NCBI GenBank assembly: GCA_963775225.1
Contig: CAVZHW010000006.1
Location: forward strand, 88,329 to 152,328
Origin: an uncultured Chloroflexia bacterium
GTDB lineage: Bacteria > Chloroflexota > Limnocylindria > Limnocylindrales > CSP1-4
Direction of reading: 5' to 3'
DNA: 64,000 nucleotides
Shown here: positions 9,949 through 20,019 of the stretch, one piece after another
Layout: every line of letters starts with the position of its first letter
Numbering within the stretch: the first letter of the stretch is position 1
Notes under the pieces: generated by a model
The model's database searches: none
What the model saw: the letters and a program-made list of their open reading frames with translations, nothing else
What the model was told of the DNA's origin: nothing
Program-made: the position numbers and the translations under genes

Positions 9949-10932
9949 TCAGGCCGCGCCGGCTACCGGGCTCCGGCGCTGGTGGCCGTGCTCGTCGAGC
10001 GAACTGCTGCGGTAGGCGGCCTGGGCGACGCTGGTGAGTGCCGCGTGCGCCAGCTCGGTCGCATGCTCATGGACACCCGGCGCGCCGGCCAGCAGGTAGA
10101 CCCGTTCGGCGACCTTTTCGAGGTCTTCGATCGGGGTCGAGGTGCCGCCCGTGACACCGACCAACCGCGCGCCGGCGAACGCTTCCGCCAATTCGAGGTC
10201 ACGCGCACCCTCGATCTGGAGAACCGGCCTGCCTTCGATTTCGCACAGGCGCGTCAGTTCCCGCGTGTTGGCGCTGTTTCTGCCGCCGACGACGACCATC
10301 ATGTCCACGCTGCCGGCCAGATCCATGGTGTCCTGCTGGCGCCGAATCGTGACCGGGCAGACCGTGTTGACCACTTTCAGCTCGTGGCAACGGCTGACCA
10401 GGAACGCGGCCAGCTTCTCGAACTTCCAGGGCGGCTGAGTGCTCTGGCTGATGAGCGCCATGCGCTTGGTGCGCGGAATGCGCTGCCAGTCCTCTTCCTC
10501 GTCGACGACGATGGCGTCCGGTGCGAACCCGAGCAGGCCGACCACCTCAGGATGGCGCGGGGTACCGAGCAGCACGATGGTGTAGCCGTCGTCCACGAGC
10601 CGCTGCAACTCGCGCTGCTCCTGGATAACCCACGTGCACGTGCCGTCGATCACGTCGAGCCCACGCTCCTGCGCGCGACCCATCACCTCTGGTGTGACCC
10701 CGTGGGCGCGAATGACAACGGCCGCGCCGTGGTCGACATCATCGAGCGAGTCGACCGTCCTGATGCCCTGCGCCTGGAGCTGCGCGATGACGCCCTCGTT
10801 GTGGACGACCTGGCCGAGGGTATGGGTGGGCTTGCCTTCCGCCGCGCTCAGTCGAGCGTAGTCGATCGCCTCGCGCACGCCGTAGCAAAAGCCCGTACGG
10901 CGCGCTATACGCACCTCCTCAACGCTACCCAT
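9949..10932 (-). CDS. ispH: 4-hydroxy-3-methylbut-2-enyl diphosphate reductase
   Basis: [33 protein letters not shown] and GGTSTP motifs. Confidence 0.95.
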   Translation of the reverse strand: MGSVEEVRIARRTGFCYGVREAIDYARLSAAEGKPTHTLGQVVHNEGVIAQLQAQGIRTVDSLDDVDHGAAVVIRAHGVTPEVMGRAQERGLDVIDGTCTWVIQEQRELQRLVDDGYTIVLLGTPRHPEVVGLLGFAPDAIVVDEEEDWQRIPRTKRMALISQSTQPPWKFEKLAAFLVSRCHELKVVNTVCPVTIRRQQDTMDLAGSVDMMVVVGGRNSANTRELTRLCEIEGRPVLQIEGARDLELAEAFAGARLVGVTGGTSTPIEDLEKVAERVYLLAGAPGVHEHATELAHAALTSVAQAAYRSSSLDEHGHQRRSPVAGAA

Positions 10933-11139
10933 CACGCTCGCTAGTATCGCACCGGCCTCCCGTCAGGCCCGACTCGTGAACGAGCCCGTCGGCCGAACGG
11001 GCCACCGGATAAGGGCAGGGATCTGCGGCTTCGGAGTCACCACGGCCGCCGTGGGGCGGCCGTCGTGACGGCTCCACGGAACCGAAGGCGTTGCCAACGT
11101 CACTCAGCGCGCTGTCGATGCGGCGCGCCGACCGGCGGA

Positions 11140-11811
11140 CTACGGAGCCGGAAGGGGTGAGGCGCCTATCCCGCGCAACGAGCCGGTCAACTGCTGGCCA
11201 TCGGTACGGTCGAGGTAGCACGTTATCGTGCGGTCACCGTCGCCCCAACTGTTGGTCGTTGGGTAGAAGAAGCCCCCGCCGATGTCGTCGCGCGAGTTGA
11301 AGTCGATGCCCAGGTAGGTCGTCGCCTCGGAGAAGCACTGGGTGTTGGCGATGCTCTCGAAGTGGGTGGCGCCGGGATAGTCGCCGCTCGTGGAGTCGGT
11401 GATCAGTGCGAATACCTCGGCGTCGTGCGGATCACTGCACGGATGGTGCTGGACGTCACTGACCGAAGTAGTGCCGATCGGCTCGTCGATGCAGTCGCCC
11501 ACCTGGAGTTCGTTGACATTCCCTGTGAGCTGGTCACGGAACAAGAAGTAGCCGCCGAAGATAACGACGAGAATCACGACCGCGACGGCCAGTGCCACCA
11601 GACCGCGGCGGTTGGACGGGCGGGCCACCGGCGACGGCGTGTAGCCCAGCGGTCCGGGCGGCGGCGGTACATAGCCCTGCGGGCCGGGGGGCGGAAAAGC
11701 GGTGGGCGGGCCCGGCGGCGGATACCCGGCCGGACCGGGTGGTGGGTAACCGCCGGGAGAGTCGGATGGCGGTGAAGGTGGCGGTGGCGGGTATGACGGC
11801 TGGTCGGACAT
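11140..11811 (-). CDS. septum formation family membrane protein with Pro-rich N-terminus
   Basis: PPPGP repeats, TM helix, LQVGDC...PCSDPHDAEV...C...YPT..SW..GDR...C Septum_form pattern; GGAGGGAG RBS. Confidence 0.8.
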   Translation of the reverse strand: MSDQPSYPPPPPSPPSDSPGGYPPPGPAGYPPPGPPTAFPPPGPQGYVPPPPGPLGYTPSPVARPSNRRGLVALAVAVVILVVIFGGYFLFRDQLTGNVNELQVGDCIDEPIGTTSVSDVQHHPCSDPHDAEVFALITDSTSGDYPGATHFESIANTQCFSEATTYLGIDFNSRDDIGGGFFYPTTNSWGDGDRTITCYLDRTDGQQLTGSLRGIGASPLPAP

Positions 11812-11854
11812 CTCTCCCTCCTCGCGACGACGATGTTCCCGTGGGCAGACGGTC

Positions 11855-11913
11855 AGCGCAACGTGCGCACTGCTGAGCGCTATGTCCGCACTGCTGAGCG
11901 CGATGTGCGCACT
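11855..11913. repeat. 21-bp tandem repeat (about 2.8 copies)
   Basis: AGCGCAACGTGCGCACTGCTG / AGCGCTATGTCCGCACTGCTG / AGCGCGATGTGCGCACT. Confidence 0.8.
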
Positions 11914-11937
11914 ATATGGAGTGTCGGGGTCACCGCG

Positions 11938-12606
11938 TCAGGCGTAGCGGCCACGATGACGCTCGTCAACCAACTCCGCGATGCGGCGCATGATCTCGTC
12001 GGAAACCGGTGTGATCGCCTGGCGGCGTGATTTCCGTGCGTCGAGCGCGACGGCGAACGGCTTGCCGAAGCGCAGCGAAATGGGTGTCCCGATCCTGGGC
12101 CAGCGGCTGCCGCGGCCGAGGAAACGATCCGTGCCCGAGATGCCGACCGGCAGGATGGGCACGCCCGAACGCGTAGCGAGCATGGCTACACCGGGTTTGG
12201 CATCGTCGAGGACGCCGTCGGCGCTGCGTGTGCCTTCGGGAAAGATACACATGACCTCGCCGCGATCGAGCAGCGAAAGCGCCACGCGATAGGCGTCGAT
12301 GTCACTGCCCCCGGCACGTACCGGCGTCGCACCGAGCGCGCGGAGGACCGGCGCCACGGGGCCGACGAACAGCGATTGCTTGGCCAGGATGTGCATCTGA
12401 CGGCCGAGCACCGGCGTTAGCCAGCCGGCCACCAGAGGCGGATCGGCATTCGACTGGTGGTTGGCGACAACGATGAGCGGGCCGTCGCGCGGCACGTTCT
12501 CGAGGCCCTCGACGTGGACGCGCGCCAGCGCCGAGAGCGCGAAGCGCGCCACGCCAGCCGCCAGCCGCAGGAACCGCGAAAGGTGCGGCTGGTCGTCGTG
12601 GCTCAT
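11938..12606 (-). CDS. plsC: 1-acyl-sn-glycerol-3-phosphate acyltransferase
   Basis: NHQSNAD (HX4D), FPEGTRS, KPG and PILPV motifs. Confidence 0.9.
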   Translation of the reverse strand: MSHDDQPHLSRFLRLAAGVARFALSALARVHVEGLENVPRDGPLIVVANHQSNADPPLVAGWLTPVLGRQMHILAKQSLFVGPVAPVLRALGATPVRAGGSDIDAYRVALSLLDRGEVMCIFPEGTRSADGVLDDAKPGVAMLATRSGVPILPVGISGTDRFLGRGSRWPRIGTPISLRFGKPFAVALDARKSRRQAITPVSDEIMRRIAELVDERHRGRYA

Positions 12607-12613
12607 GGCGTGC

Positions 12614-14077
12614 TCACTGGCGGAGCTCGCGCGCACGCTGCTCGATGACGACGGCCACCCGGGCGATGGTCTGATCGAGCGTGTTGCCCGCAGTGTGAAC
12701 GATGGTCGCGCCGTCGGGAACGCGCAGCGGGGCTGTCGCGCGCGTGCTGTCAATGCCGTCGCGGCGGCGCAGGTCAGCCTCGATGCGCGCCACCGCCGTC
12801 GCGTCATCGAGCTCGCCGCGCTCTGCCGCGCGACGCCGGGCGCGCTCGGCGACCGGGACATCGAGGTAGATCTTCGGGTCCGCGTCGGGCAGGACGACGC
12901 TGCCGATGTCGCGCCCGGCCATGATGATCCGGCCCTGCGCCGCGAGCGCGCGCTGGAGTGGCAGCAGTTGGGCACGCACCTCGGCGTGCAGGGATACGCG
13001 GCTCACCTCCCGGTCGACATCGGCGGTGTGCAGCTGGTCGCTCACGTCGGCGCCGTCAACGAGCACGTGCACGTAGCGCTCCGCGTCATCGGGCGCCAGC
13101 TCGAGTTGCGGCACCAGCGCGACGAGCGCCCGCGGATCGTCGAGGTCGACCACGCGCTGCAGGGCCAGCCAGGTCAGGCCGCGATACAACACGCCGGTAT
13201 CGCAGAACCGGAAACCGAGGCGAGCAGCAGCACCGGCGCCAACTGTCGACTTGCCGCTGCCTCCGGGACCGTCGACGCTGACCACCAGGCCAGCTTCGCC
13301 ACGCTCCGTCACGAGGGCGTTCAGGTGGCGCCGCTCAGTCTGGCTGAGCGGGCGCACTTCGCCCAGCGCCATGCCGTACAGCCGCAGCGTCCCGAAGCGG
13401 ATTCGGACCAGCCGGTGCACCGGCGCGCCGACAGCCGAGAACATCCGCCGCAACTGCCGTTTCATGCCCTGGCGCAGCGTCGCCCGGTACCAGGTCAGCT
13501 GCGCCGCCGAGGGACCGATGAGTGCGCCCAACTGGCGAACATCGGCGCTGGTTGCCTCCGACAGCCGTACCACCCGCGCGCGACCCTCCTCGAGGGTGAT
13601 GCCCGCCTCCACCCCCACGCGCTGCTCGGGATTGAGCGGGCCGGCGAGGCCGACCGCGTACTCGCGCTCGACGCCGTGGCTCGGATGCAGCATGCGCTGC
13701 GCCCACTCGCCGTCGTTGGTCAGCAGCAACAGCCCTTCGGATTCGCGGTCGAGCCGGCCCACCGGGTATATCCGCGCTCCGTCGCCGCGCAGCGCCGCCG
13801 GCACGAGATCGAGCACTGTCTGACTGGCATGTCGATCGCCCACCGTGCTGGTCACGCCGGCCGGCTTGGCGAGCACCAGGTACACGCGCGCCTGACGGCT
13901 GCCGATCGGCCGGCCGTCGACGCTCAATTGATCGTGCCGCGGATCGACCAGCTGGCCGATGCCGGCGGTGGTCCCGTTGACCGTCACGCGGCCTTCGCTC
14001 ACGAGAACCTCGGCCCGCCTCCGCGATGCAACGCCGGCGTCGGCCAGCACCTTGTGGATGCGGACCCGGTCACTCAT
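12614..14077 (-). CDS. rluB-cmk: RluB/RsuA-family pseudouridine synthase fused to cytidylate kinase
   Basis: S4 domain (SRRRAE), KPAG, VGRLDRESEGLLLLTNDG, then DGPGGSGKST, DTGVLYR, GRDIGSVVLPDA and RRD..D.TR in one frame. Confidence 0.88.
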   Translation of the reverse strand: MSDRVRIHKVLADAGVASRRRAEVLVSEGRVTVNGTTAGIGQLVDPRHDQLSVDGRPIGSRQARVYLVLAKPAGVTSTVGDRHASQTVLDLVPAALRGDGARIYPVGRLDRESEGLLLLTNDGEWAQRMLHPSHGVEREYAVGLAGPLNPEQRVGVEAGITLEEGRARVVRLSEATSADVRQLGALIGPSAAQLTWYRATLRQGMKRQLRRMFSAVGAPVHRLVRIRFGTLRLYGMALGEVRPLSQTERRHLNALVTERGEAGLVVSVDGPGGSGKSTVGAGAAARLGFRFCDTGVLYRGLTWLALQRVVDLDDPRALVALVPQLELAPDDAERYVHVLVDGADVSDQLHTADVDREVSRVSLHAEVRAQLLPLQRALAAQGRIIMAGRDIGSVVLPDADPKIYLDVPVAERARRRAAERGELDDATAVARIEADLRRRDGIDSTRATAPLRVPDGATIVHTAGNTLDQTIARVAVVIEQRARELRQ

Positions 14078-14666
14078 CCAGCCGCAGCGCCGCCTCCGGC
14101 TCGAGTGGGGGCAGATCATCGAGCGAGGTCAGGCCGAAGCGCTCCAGGAACTCGAAGCCGGTGCCGTACAGGATGGGCCGACCGGGCGTGTCGGCGCGAC
14201 CCTGCTCGGCCACCAGCCGGCGATGCACGAGGCTACGCAGGACGTAATCGGAATCGACGCCGCGGATGCGCTCGATCACGCCGCGTGTGACCGGCTGGCG
14301 ATAGGCGACGATGGCCAGCGTCTCGAGCGCGGCCGGCGACAGGCGCACCGCGTCGGCGCCGACGTAGCGCGCGATGAGCGCGCCGGCCTCCGGTGCGCTG
14401 ACGAGCTGCACCCGTTCACCTACCACGATCAGGCGCACGCCGCGCTCGCGGAGCGCCACCTCCAGGTCTCCCAGCGCGGTGTCGACCACCCCGCGCTCAA
14501 CCCCGGCCAGGGCAGCGATCTCGCGCCGGCTGAGCGGCCGCTCCGCGACGAACAACAGCGCCTCGAGCTGGGCGACGGTGAGGGCGCCCGCGGCCGGCTC
14601 GGGCAGCTGCTCGAGGTCATCATCGGTGGCGGCCATCACCGGCACCAACCGCATAGGGTCACCCAT
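14070..14666 (-). CDS. scpB: SMC-Scp complex subunit ScpB
   Basis: LEALLF, LSPAALETLAIVAYRQPVTR..IE.IRGV, PGRPILYGT..FL..FGL. Confidence 0.95.
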   Translation of the reverse strand: MGDPMRLVPVMAATDDDLEQLPEPAAGALTVAQLEALLFVAERPLSRREIAALAGVERGVVDTALGDLEVALRERGVRLIVVGERVQLVSAPEAGALIARYVGADAVRLSPAALETLAIVAYRQPVTRGVIERIRGVDSDYVLRSLVHRRLVAEQGRADTPGRPILYGTGFEFLERFGLTSLDDLPPLEPEAALRLDE

Positions 14667-15471
14667 CGGCCACCGCCGCTGCCTGATCTGCACGGCGCAC
14701 GTAGATCGGCCCCCAAGGCTCGGCCTGTTCGATGATCACCTCGCGACCCTTGGCCAGCTCGAGCAGTGCCAGGAAGGTCACCGCCACCACCATCCGGTCA
14801 GTGACACCCGAGAGCAGCTCCTGTAGCACCACCAGCGGCGCGTGGCGCAGCGCATCGCGGATGGCCGCGGCGCGCTCCTCCAGGGTGATCGTCCGGGCGA
14901 TGGCTTCAGGTGGTGGTGGCGCGGGTGGTACGAGGCGCAGCGAGGCCAGGATGGCATCCGCCAGCAGGGCAGGATCGAGCGGCTCAACGTCCTCTGGCTG
15001 TGCACCGGCACGGCCGGCGGCCGCGGCCAGGTCCGCCTCACGGTGGTAAAGGACCACGTGCGCGCCGAGGCGCCCGCCGAGGAACCTTCCCGCGTCGCGG
15101 TAGAGCCGGTACTCGATCAGCCGCCGGCGCAGTTCCTCCTCAGGGTCGCCTTCGGTTGTCGCCGCCTCCGAGCCGGCGGCGACGGGCGGCCGCGGCAGCA
15201 GTGCACGCGACTTGATCAGGATCAGCTGCGCGCAGACCGCCACGAACGAGCTGAGCAACCCCAGGCGGCCCTGCTCGACACCTGCCACCGCCTCGAGATA
15301 AGCACCGGCCAGATCGCCCAGGCGAACCGTGAGCACATCGAGCTGGCGCTGCTCGATGAGGGCCAGCAAGAGCGCCAGCGGGCCCTCGAAGCCCTCCAGC
15401 CGCACGCGGGTGGCCTCCTCCGGCCGGCCGGCGGCGGCATCCAGCTCAACGGCGACGATCGCGGGATACAT
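14659..15471 (-). CDS. scpA: segregation/condensation protein A
   Basis: FEGPLALLL.LI, LILIKSR.LLP, VTFLALLEL.K, I.Q.EPWG.I. Confidence 0.93.
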   Translation of the reverse strand: MYPAIVAVELDAAAGRPEEATRVRLEGFEGPLALLLALIEQRQLDVLTVRLGDLAGAYLEAVAGVEQGRLGLLSSFVAVCAQLILIKSRALLPRPPVAAGSEAATTEGDPEEELRRRLIEYRLYRDAGRFLGGRLGAHVVLYHREADLAAAAGRAGAQPEDVEPLDPALLADAILASLRLVPPAPPPPEAIARTITLEERAAAIRDALRHAPLVVLQELLSGVTDRMVVAVTFLALLELAKGREVIIEQAEPWGPIYVRRADQAAAVADG

Positions 15472-15965
15472 CAGTTGGCCTGGTCGGCGAGCAGCAGCGC
15501 CCGGCCAAGCTCAGCGTCGGTCGGCTCGGCCTGGTGGCGAATCAGCTCGGCCGCACGCGGCGAACAACCGGCCGTCAGGGCCAGTTCGGCCGAGCCGTCG
15601 GCATGGGCATCGAGTGTCGCGAAGGCCTGCGTGAACGTCGGCAGGCGCAGCGCAATCATGCGCGGCCAGCGCCCATAGTGGTCGGCGAGCGACCAGGCGA
15701 CGCGGTGCCACAAGTGGATGGCCTGGCCCTTGCCCAAATCGTGAAGCAGGCCGGCCAACAGCAGATCAGGATCGCGGTGTCCGGCCGAACGCAGGGCCGC
15801 GACGACGTCCAGCCCGTGACGCTGGTCGGCCGGATGCATCCCGTCGAACAGCGCAAGTTGCGGCCCGGTCAGCCAGCCCGCAAGGGCGCGCCGCTCGGCA
15901 GGAGCGACGCGGGCGAAGACGTAGCGCCCGAAGCGCCGGATCTTCGCCGCCCACCAGCTGGTCAT
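15471..15965 (-). CDS. HD-domain protein
   Basis: DQRH...GLLHDLGK...H...IRH...AD motif spacing. Confidence 0.8.
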   Translation of the reverse strand: MTSWWAAKIRRFGRYVFARVAPAERRALAGWLTGPQLALFDGMHPADQRHGLDVVAALRSAGHRDPDLLLAGLLHDLGKGQAIHLWHRVAWSLADHYGRWPRMIALRLPTFTQAFATLDAHADGSAELALTAGCSPRAAELIRHQAEPTDAELGRALLLADQAN

Positions 15966-15972
15966 GCGCGCC

Positions 15973-16620
15973 TCAGGTGCCCAGCAGGAAACTGATGATC
16001 ACGCCCGCAAGGTTGCCGATCAACGTCGCACCCGCAAAGAACAGCACGAGGATGAGCAGGAAGCCGTACTGCTCGTACTGGCGCAGCGTGTAGGCCGTGC
16101 GCGCGTCGACCAGGCCAAGCAGCACGCGCCAGCCGTCGAGCGGCGGGATGGGAAGCAGGTTGAAGACCATCAGGAAGACGTTGATCACGAGGAAATAGGA
16201 CGCGACATTCAAGACGAAGCTGGCCAACTGGTTACTGGCGATCGAGTTGAGCAGGCTGGTGTCCATGACGATCAGCCGCAGCGGGATGGCGACGATGGCG
16301 GCCATCAACAGGTTCGACAGAGGACCGGCGAGCGCAACGAGGGCCTCCCCGCGTCGGCCATAGCGCAGGTTGTAGGGATTGACCGGGGTCGGCTTGGCCC
16401 AGCCGATGAAGAAGCCACCGACCAGCGCGCTGAGCGCCAGCAGCGTTCCGCCGAGCGGGTCGAAATGGACGATCGGATTGAGTGTCAGGCGACCCTGCCA
16501 GCGAGCGGTGTTGTCGCCCAGCTCGAACGCGGCGAAGGCGTGGAAGAACTCGTGGATCGGAAACGAGACGAGGATGATGATCGCGACGGCAATCAGGCTC
16601 TGGATGAGCTGCACCGACAC
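15973..16620 (-). CDS. site-2 protease (M50) family
   Basis: HEFFH, GRLTLNP, GWAKP, AGPLSN and FNLLPIPPLDG motifs. Confidence 0.93.
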   Translation of the reverse strand: MSVQLIQSLIAVAIIILVSFPIHEFFHAFAAFELGDNTARWQGRLTLNPIVHFDPLGGTLLALSALVGGFFIGWAKPTPVNPYNLRYGRRGEALVALAGPLSNLLMAAIVAIPLRLIVMDTSLLNSIASNQLASFVLNVASYFLVINVFLMVFNLLPIPPLDGWRVLLGLVDARTAYTLRQYEQYGFLLILVLFFAGATLIGNLAGVIISFLLGT

Positions 16621-16622
16621 GA

Positions 16623-17450
16623 TTACAGCCGGCCCAGGAGTTCGCTCTTCTTCTGCTCGTACTCCTCGGGCGTGATCGCACCTTTGTCGCGCAGGTCGGC
16701 GAGCCGAGCCAGCGTCTGGGTGATCTCGAGCGAGCCGTCGCCCACGGCCGCCGACGGGATCGCCGGCGCGTCAGGCGCTGCTGATGCCGTCGGTGGCGGA
16801 GTCGAGGCTGCGCCCTCAGCGGCGAAAGCCGGCTCGGAAGACGGCTGCGGAGCCGCCGGCACGGGCTGGGCCGGCATGGCCGGTGGCGCGGATGCCGGTG
16901 CGTCGGACGCGCGCAGTGGCGGCGTCGGTGGCAGGCCGGAGCGCAGCTCCGTCTCGAGCGTGTGCTTCGCCGTGAGCATCGCCTTCTTGAACTCCACTGG
17001 GCCGGCGATCATGTGGTAGACGTCGACCGATACCTCGGCCGCAGTCATGATCTCCAGGTCACCATAGTTGAGCATCCGGCCCCACAGGCTCTGCTTGAGG
17101 ACGGCGTCGTTGATCATCTCGAGCGAACTGTCGGCGGACCGCTTGTTGAGGACGCCGCTGACCTTCAGCAATCTGCGGTTGGTGACCATATAGTCCTGCG
17201 CCCACCAATGCCAGTACGCCCACAGGAAGACGACGAGGCCGGCGGCGAAGGCGACCAGCGCCGCGACACTCATGACGTCGCGCGGCAGGCCGGCCTGCAC
17301 GTTGAACCAGATGACCACCGCGATGAGAACGATGCCCAGCAGCCACAGCAGCAGCCCGTAGCGCGCCCGCCTGAGCAGGTTCAGCCAGTGCTGGCGAGTG
17401 CGCAAGACGATCACCTCGCCCTGGCTCAGAAGACTGTCTGCGTAGCGCAT
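16623..17450 (-). CDS. membrane-anchored bacterial PH domain protein with C-terminal SHOCT domain
   Basis: Two TM helices, YMVTNRR...GRMLNYGDLEI (bPH_2), Pro/Ala linker, LADLRDKGAITPEEYEQKK (SHOCT); AGGGGAG RBS. Confidence 0.85.
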   Translation of the reverse strand: MRYADSLLSQGEVIVLRTRQHWLNLLRRARYGLLLWLLGIVLIAVVIWFNVQAGLPRDVMSVAALVAFAAGLVVFLWAYWHWWAQDYMVTNRRLLKVSGVLNKRSADSSLEMINDAVLKQSLWGRMLNYGDLEIMTAAEVSVDVYHMIAGPVEFKKAMLTAKHTLETELRSGLPPTPPLRASDAPASAPPAMPAQPVPAAPQPSSEPAFAAEGAASTPPPTASAAPDAPAIPSAAVGDGSLEITQTLARLADLRDKGAITPEEYEQKKSELLGRL

Positions 17451-17464
17451 GTGCGTGTCTCCCT

Positions 17465-18388
17465 CTAGGCGCGCGGGTGTGCCCGCGCGTAAACCTGCCT
17501 GATCCGCTCCCCCGTGAGGTGCGTGTACAGCTGCGTGGTCGTGATGCTGGCGTGTCCGAGCAATTCCTGCACCACGCGCAGGTCGGCCCCACCCTCGAGC
17601 ATGTGCGTGGCAAAACTGTGACGAAGAGTATGGGGCGTCACGTGACCGCGAATACCGGTCTTGAGTGCGGCTCGGCAAATCACTCGCCAGGCCGACATGC
17701 GCGCCAGGCGGGTGCCGCGCCGGCTCACGAAGAGCGGCCCGCCCCGCGCTAATGGCCGCTCGGCGTGCGCCAGGTACACCGGCCGTACCTCGTCAAGGTA
17801 GCGCCCCAGCGCGGCCAGGGCGACGTCGCCCACCGGTAGCCGCCGTTCACGGTCACCCTTGCCGATCACGCGCACACTGCCCTCGACCAGCGACACGTCC
17901 TCGAGATCAAGCCCGAGCGACTCGCTGATACGCAGCCCGCACGCGTACAGCAGCTCCATCAGCGCGCGGTCGCGAATACCGTCGGACTGCCCGGGGTCGG
18001 GTGCCTCGAGCAACTCCTCGACCTGGGCCACGTCAAGAGTGTCGGGCAGCTGACGGGCGGCGCGCGGCAGATCAATCAGCCCTGCCACGTCACGCTCGAT
18101 CAACCCCTCCGCGTAACAGAAGCGGTAGAAGGCGCGGATCGCGGCCGCCTTGCGCCGGTGACTCGTCGGTTTGAGCACGCGCGGCGGCCGCGACAGGGCG
18201 GCCAGGTGGTCGCGTGCCGGGCTCGCGTCGCGACGCCAGTCGCCGCGCCCCCGCTCCACGTACAGCGCAAAGTGGCGCAGGTCGTTGGCGTAGGCGCTGA
18301 TCGTGGCCGGTGACAGGCCGCGCTCGACACGCAGGTAGGTCAGGTAACCGTCGATGGCCGGCGCGAGCTGCAGTGGCGCCTCGGTCAT
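17465..18388 (-). CDS. xerD: tyrosine recombinase XerD
   Basis: RDRALMELLYACGLRISE, GKGDRER, TPHTLRHSFATH, LLGHASITTTQLYT; core context between recN and scpA. Confidence 0.9.
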   Translation of the reverse strand: MTEAPLQLAPAIDGYLTYLRVERGLSPATISAYANDLRHFALYVERGRGDWRRDASPARDHLAALSRPPRVLKPTSHRRKAAAIRAFYRFCYAEGLIERDVAGLIDLPRAARQLPDTLDVAQVEELLEAPDPGQSDGIRDRALMELLYACGLRISESLGLDLEDVSLVEGSVRVIGKGDRERRLPVGDVALAALGRYLDEVRPVYLAHAERPLARGGPLFVSRRGTRLARMSAWRVICRAALKTGIRGHVTPHTLRHSFATHMLEGGADLRVVQELLGHASITTTQLYTHLTGERIRQVYARAHPRA

Positions 18389-20019
18389 GCCGCAACTTCG
18401 CGCGTGGCGTTGCCGGCACGCTGCAGCAGGGCGTCGGCCGCGGCCAACGTCGCCGCCTGGTCCGTTGGACCACCGAGCATCAGCGCGAGCTCGTGCCGCC
18501 GCGCGTCGGCGTCGAGCGACTCGACGCTGGTCGTGGTCCGTGCGCCGTCAGTCTTCTTCTCGATGCGCAGGTGCGCGTCGGCGTAGGCCGCGATCTGCGG
18601 CAGATGGGTGACGCACACGACCTGGTGGTCACGGGCCAGCCGCCAGAGCATGTGCCCGATCGGGTCCGCCGACCGGCCACCGATGCCGGCGTCGATCTCG
18701 TCGAAGATGAGGGTCGGCGTGTGGTCGGCCCGGGCAACGACGGTCTTGAGCGCCAGCGCGACGCGCGACAACTCGCCGCCCGAGGCGATACGCGCCAGCT
18801 CGCGCGCCGGTTCGCCGGGGTTGGGCGCGAACAGGAACTCGATGGCGTCCGCACCGCTTTCGTCCAGGGGCGCCGATGCCACCCTGATCTGCAGCGCGGC
18901 CGACGGGAAGCCGAGCTCCAACAACCGTTCGGTCACCTCGCCCGCCAAACGCTGCGCCGCCGCGTTGCGCGCGACGCTCAGTTCGCCCGCGCCCCCAGTC
19001 GCCTGCGCCAGCAACCGCTCCGTGTCGGCCGCCCGCCGGCGCCTTTCGTCGTTCAGTCCGCGCAGCCGCTCGACCTCGGCTCGGGCACGCTCACCGTACT
19101 CGAGCACGGCCGCCTCCGTCTCGCCGTACTTGCGCAGCAGGCCGTACAGCACGCTCAGCCGGACCTCGATCTCCGTCGTGCTGTCGGCCGCCTCAGCCAT
19201 CTGTTCGGCGCGGCGGCGCAGGTCCAGCGCCACGTCCGCCGCCTCGGCCTCCAGCCCGGCCAGACGTCCGCCGAGATCTGCGGCAGAGGCGTCGACACGG
19301 GTCAGCTCGGCAACGTCGCGAGCCGCCGCGGCGAGGCGATCTCGCGCGCCGATCCCCTCCCCGGCGAGCTCGCCGTGCGCCTGGTCGAGAAGCGTGGCGA
19401 TCCTCTGGGCATTGCCGAGCACGTTCAGGCGCGTGCGCAGCTCGTCGCTCTCGCCCAGCGCTGGCGCAGCGGCCGCGATCTCATCAGCCGCGTGCTGGGC
19501 CAGTTCGAGTCGCCGCTCCAACTCGGCCGGATCGATCTCGAGCTCGCGCAGCGCCGCCTCGTTGGCGCGCAGCGCCCGTACGTCCGCGGCCACCTGCGCG
19601 CGCAACTCCGCGTGGCCCCCGAGTTCGTCGACGACATCGCGCTGCCAGGCGGCGGATAGGAGGCGCTGCTGCTCGTGCTGGCCATGTATCTCGATCAGCG
19701 GCCCGACCACGGTCGCCAGCCGGCCGGCCGTCACCGTCTCATCGTCGATCCGCGCCAGGCTCCTGCCCTCGGGCGACAGCTCGCGTACACAGATCAGCGT
19801 GGCATCGTCCGTCTCGACGATCGCCTCGACACGCGCGCCCGGCGCGCCGTGGCGCACCAGGCCGGAGTCGGCGCGCGTACCCATGACCAGGCCGAGCGCG
19901 TCGATGAGCAGCGACTTGCCCGCGCCGGTCTCGCCGGTGATGACCGTCAGCCCGGGCCCCAGCGCGACCCGTGCACGCTCGATCAGCGCGAGGTCGCGTA
20001 CGGCCAGCTCGCGCAGCAT
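18385..20019 (-). CDS. recN: DNA repair protein RecN
   Basis: TGETGAGKS, IHGQHE, ASGGELSR, FDEIDAG and VTHLPQIA motifs. Confidence 0.96.
   Translation of the reverse strand: MLRELAVRDLALIERARVALGPGLTVITGETGAGKSLLIDALGLVMGTRADSGLVRHGAPGARVEAIVETDDATLICVRELSPEGRSLARIDDETVTAGRLATVVGPLIEIHGQHEQQRLLSAAWQRDVVDELGGHAELRAQVAADVRALRANEAALRELEIDPAELERRLELAQHAADEIAAAAPALGESDELRTRLNVLGNAQRIATLLDQAHGELAGEGIGARDRLAAAARDVAELTRVDASAADLGGRLAGLEAEAADVALDLRRRAEQMAEAADSTTEIEVRLSVLYGLLRKYGETEAAVLEYGERARAEVERLRGLNDERRRRAADTERLLAQATGGAGELSVARNAAAQRLAGEVTERLLELGFPSAALQIRVASAPLDESGADAIEFLFAPNPGEPARELARIASGGELSRVALALKTVVARADHTPTLIFDEIDAGIGGRSADPIGHMLWRLARDHQVVCVTHLPQIAAYADAHLRIEKKTDGARTTTSVESLDADARRHELALMLGGPTDQAATLAAADALLQRAGNATREVAA

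Noticed and set aside
11033-11075. Riboswitch upstream of ispH (hairpin ACGGCCGCC-gtgg-GGCGGCCGT)
   Set aside because: No recognisable aptamer consensus; more likely a terminator or stability hairpin for the upstream gene.
11855-11913. CRISPR array
   Set aside because: Repeats are contiguous with no spacers, and no cas genes are in the window.
17465-18388. Phage or island integrase
   Set aside because: Length, motifs and recN-scpAB context indicate housekeeping XerD.
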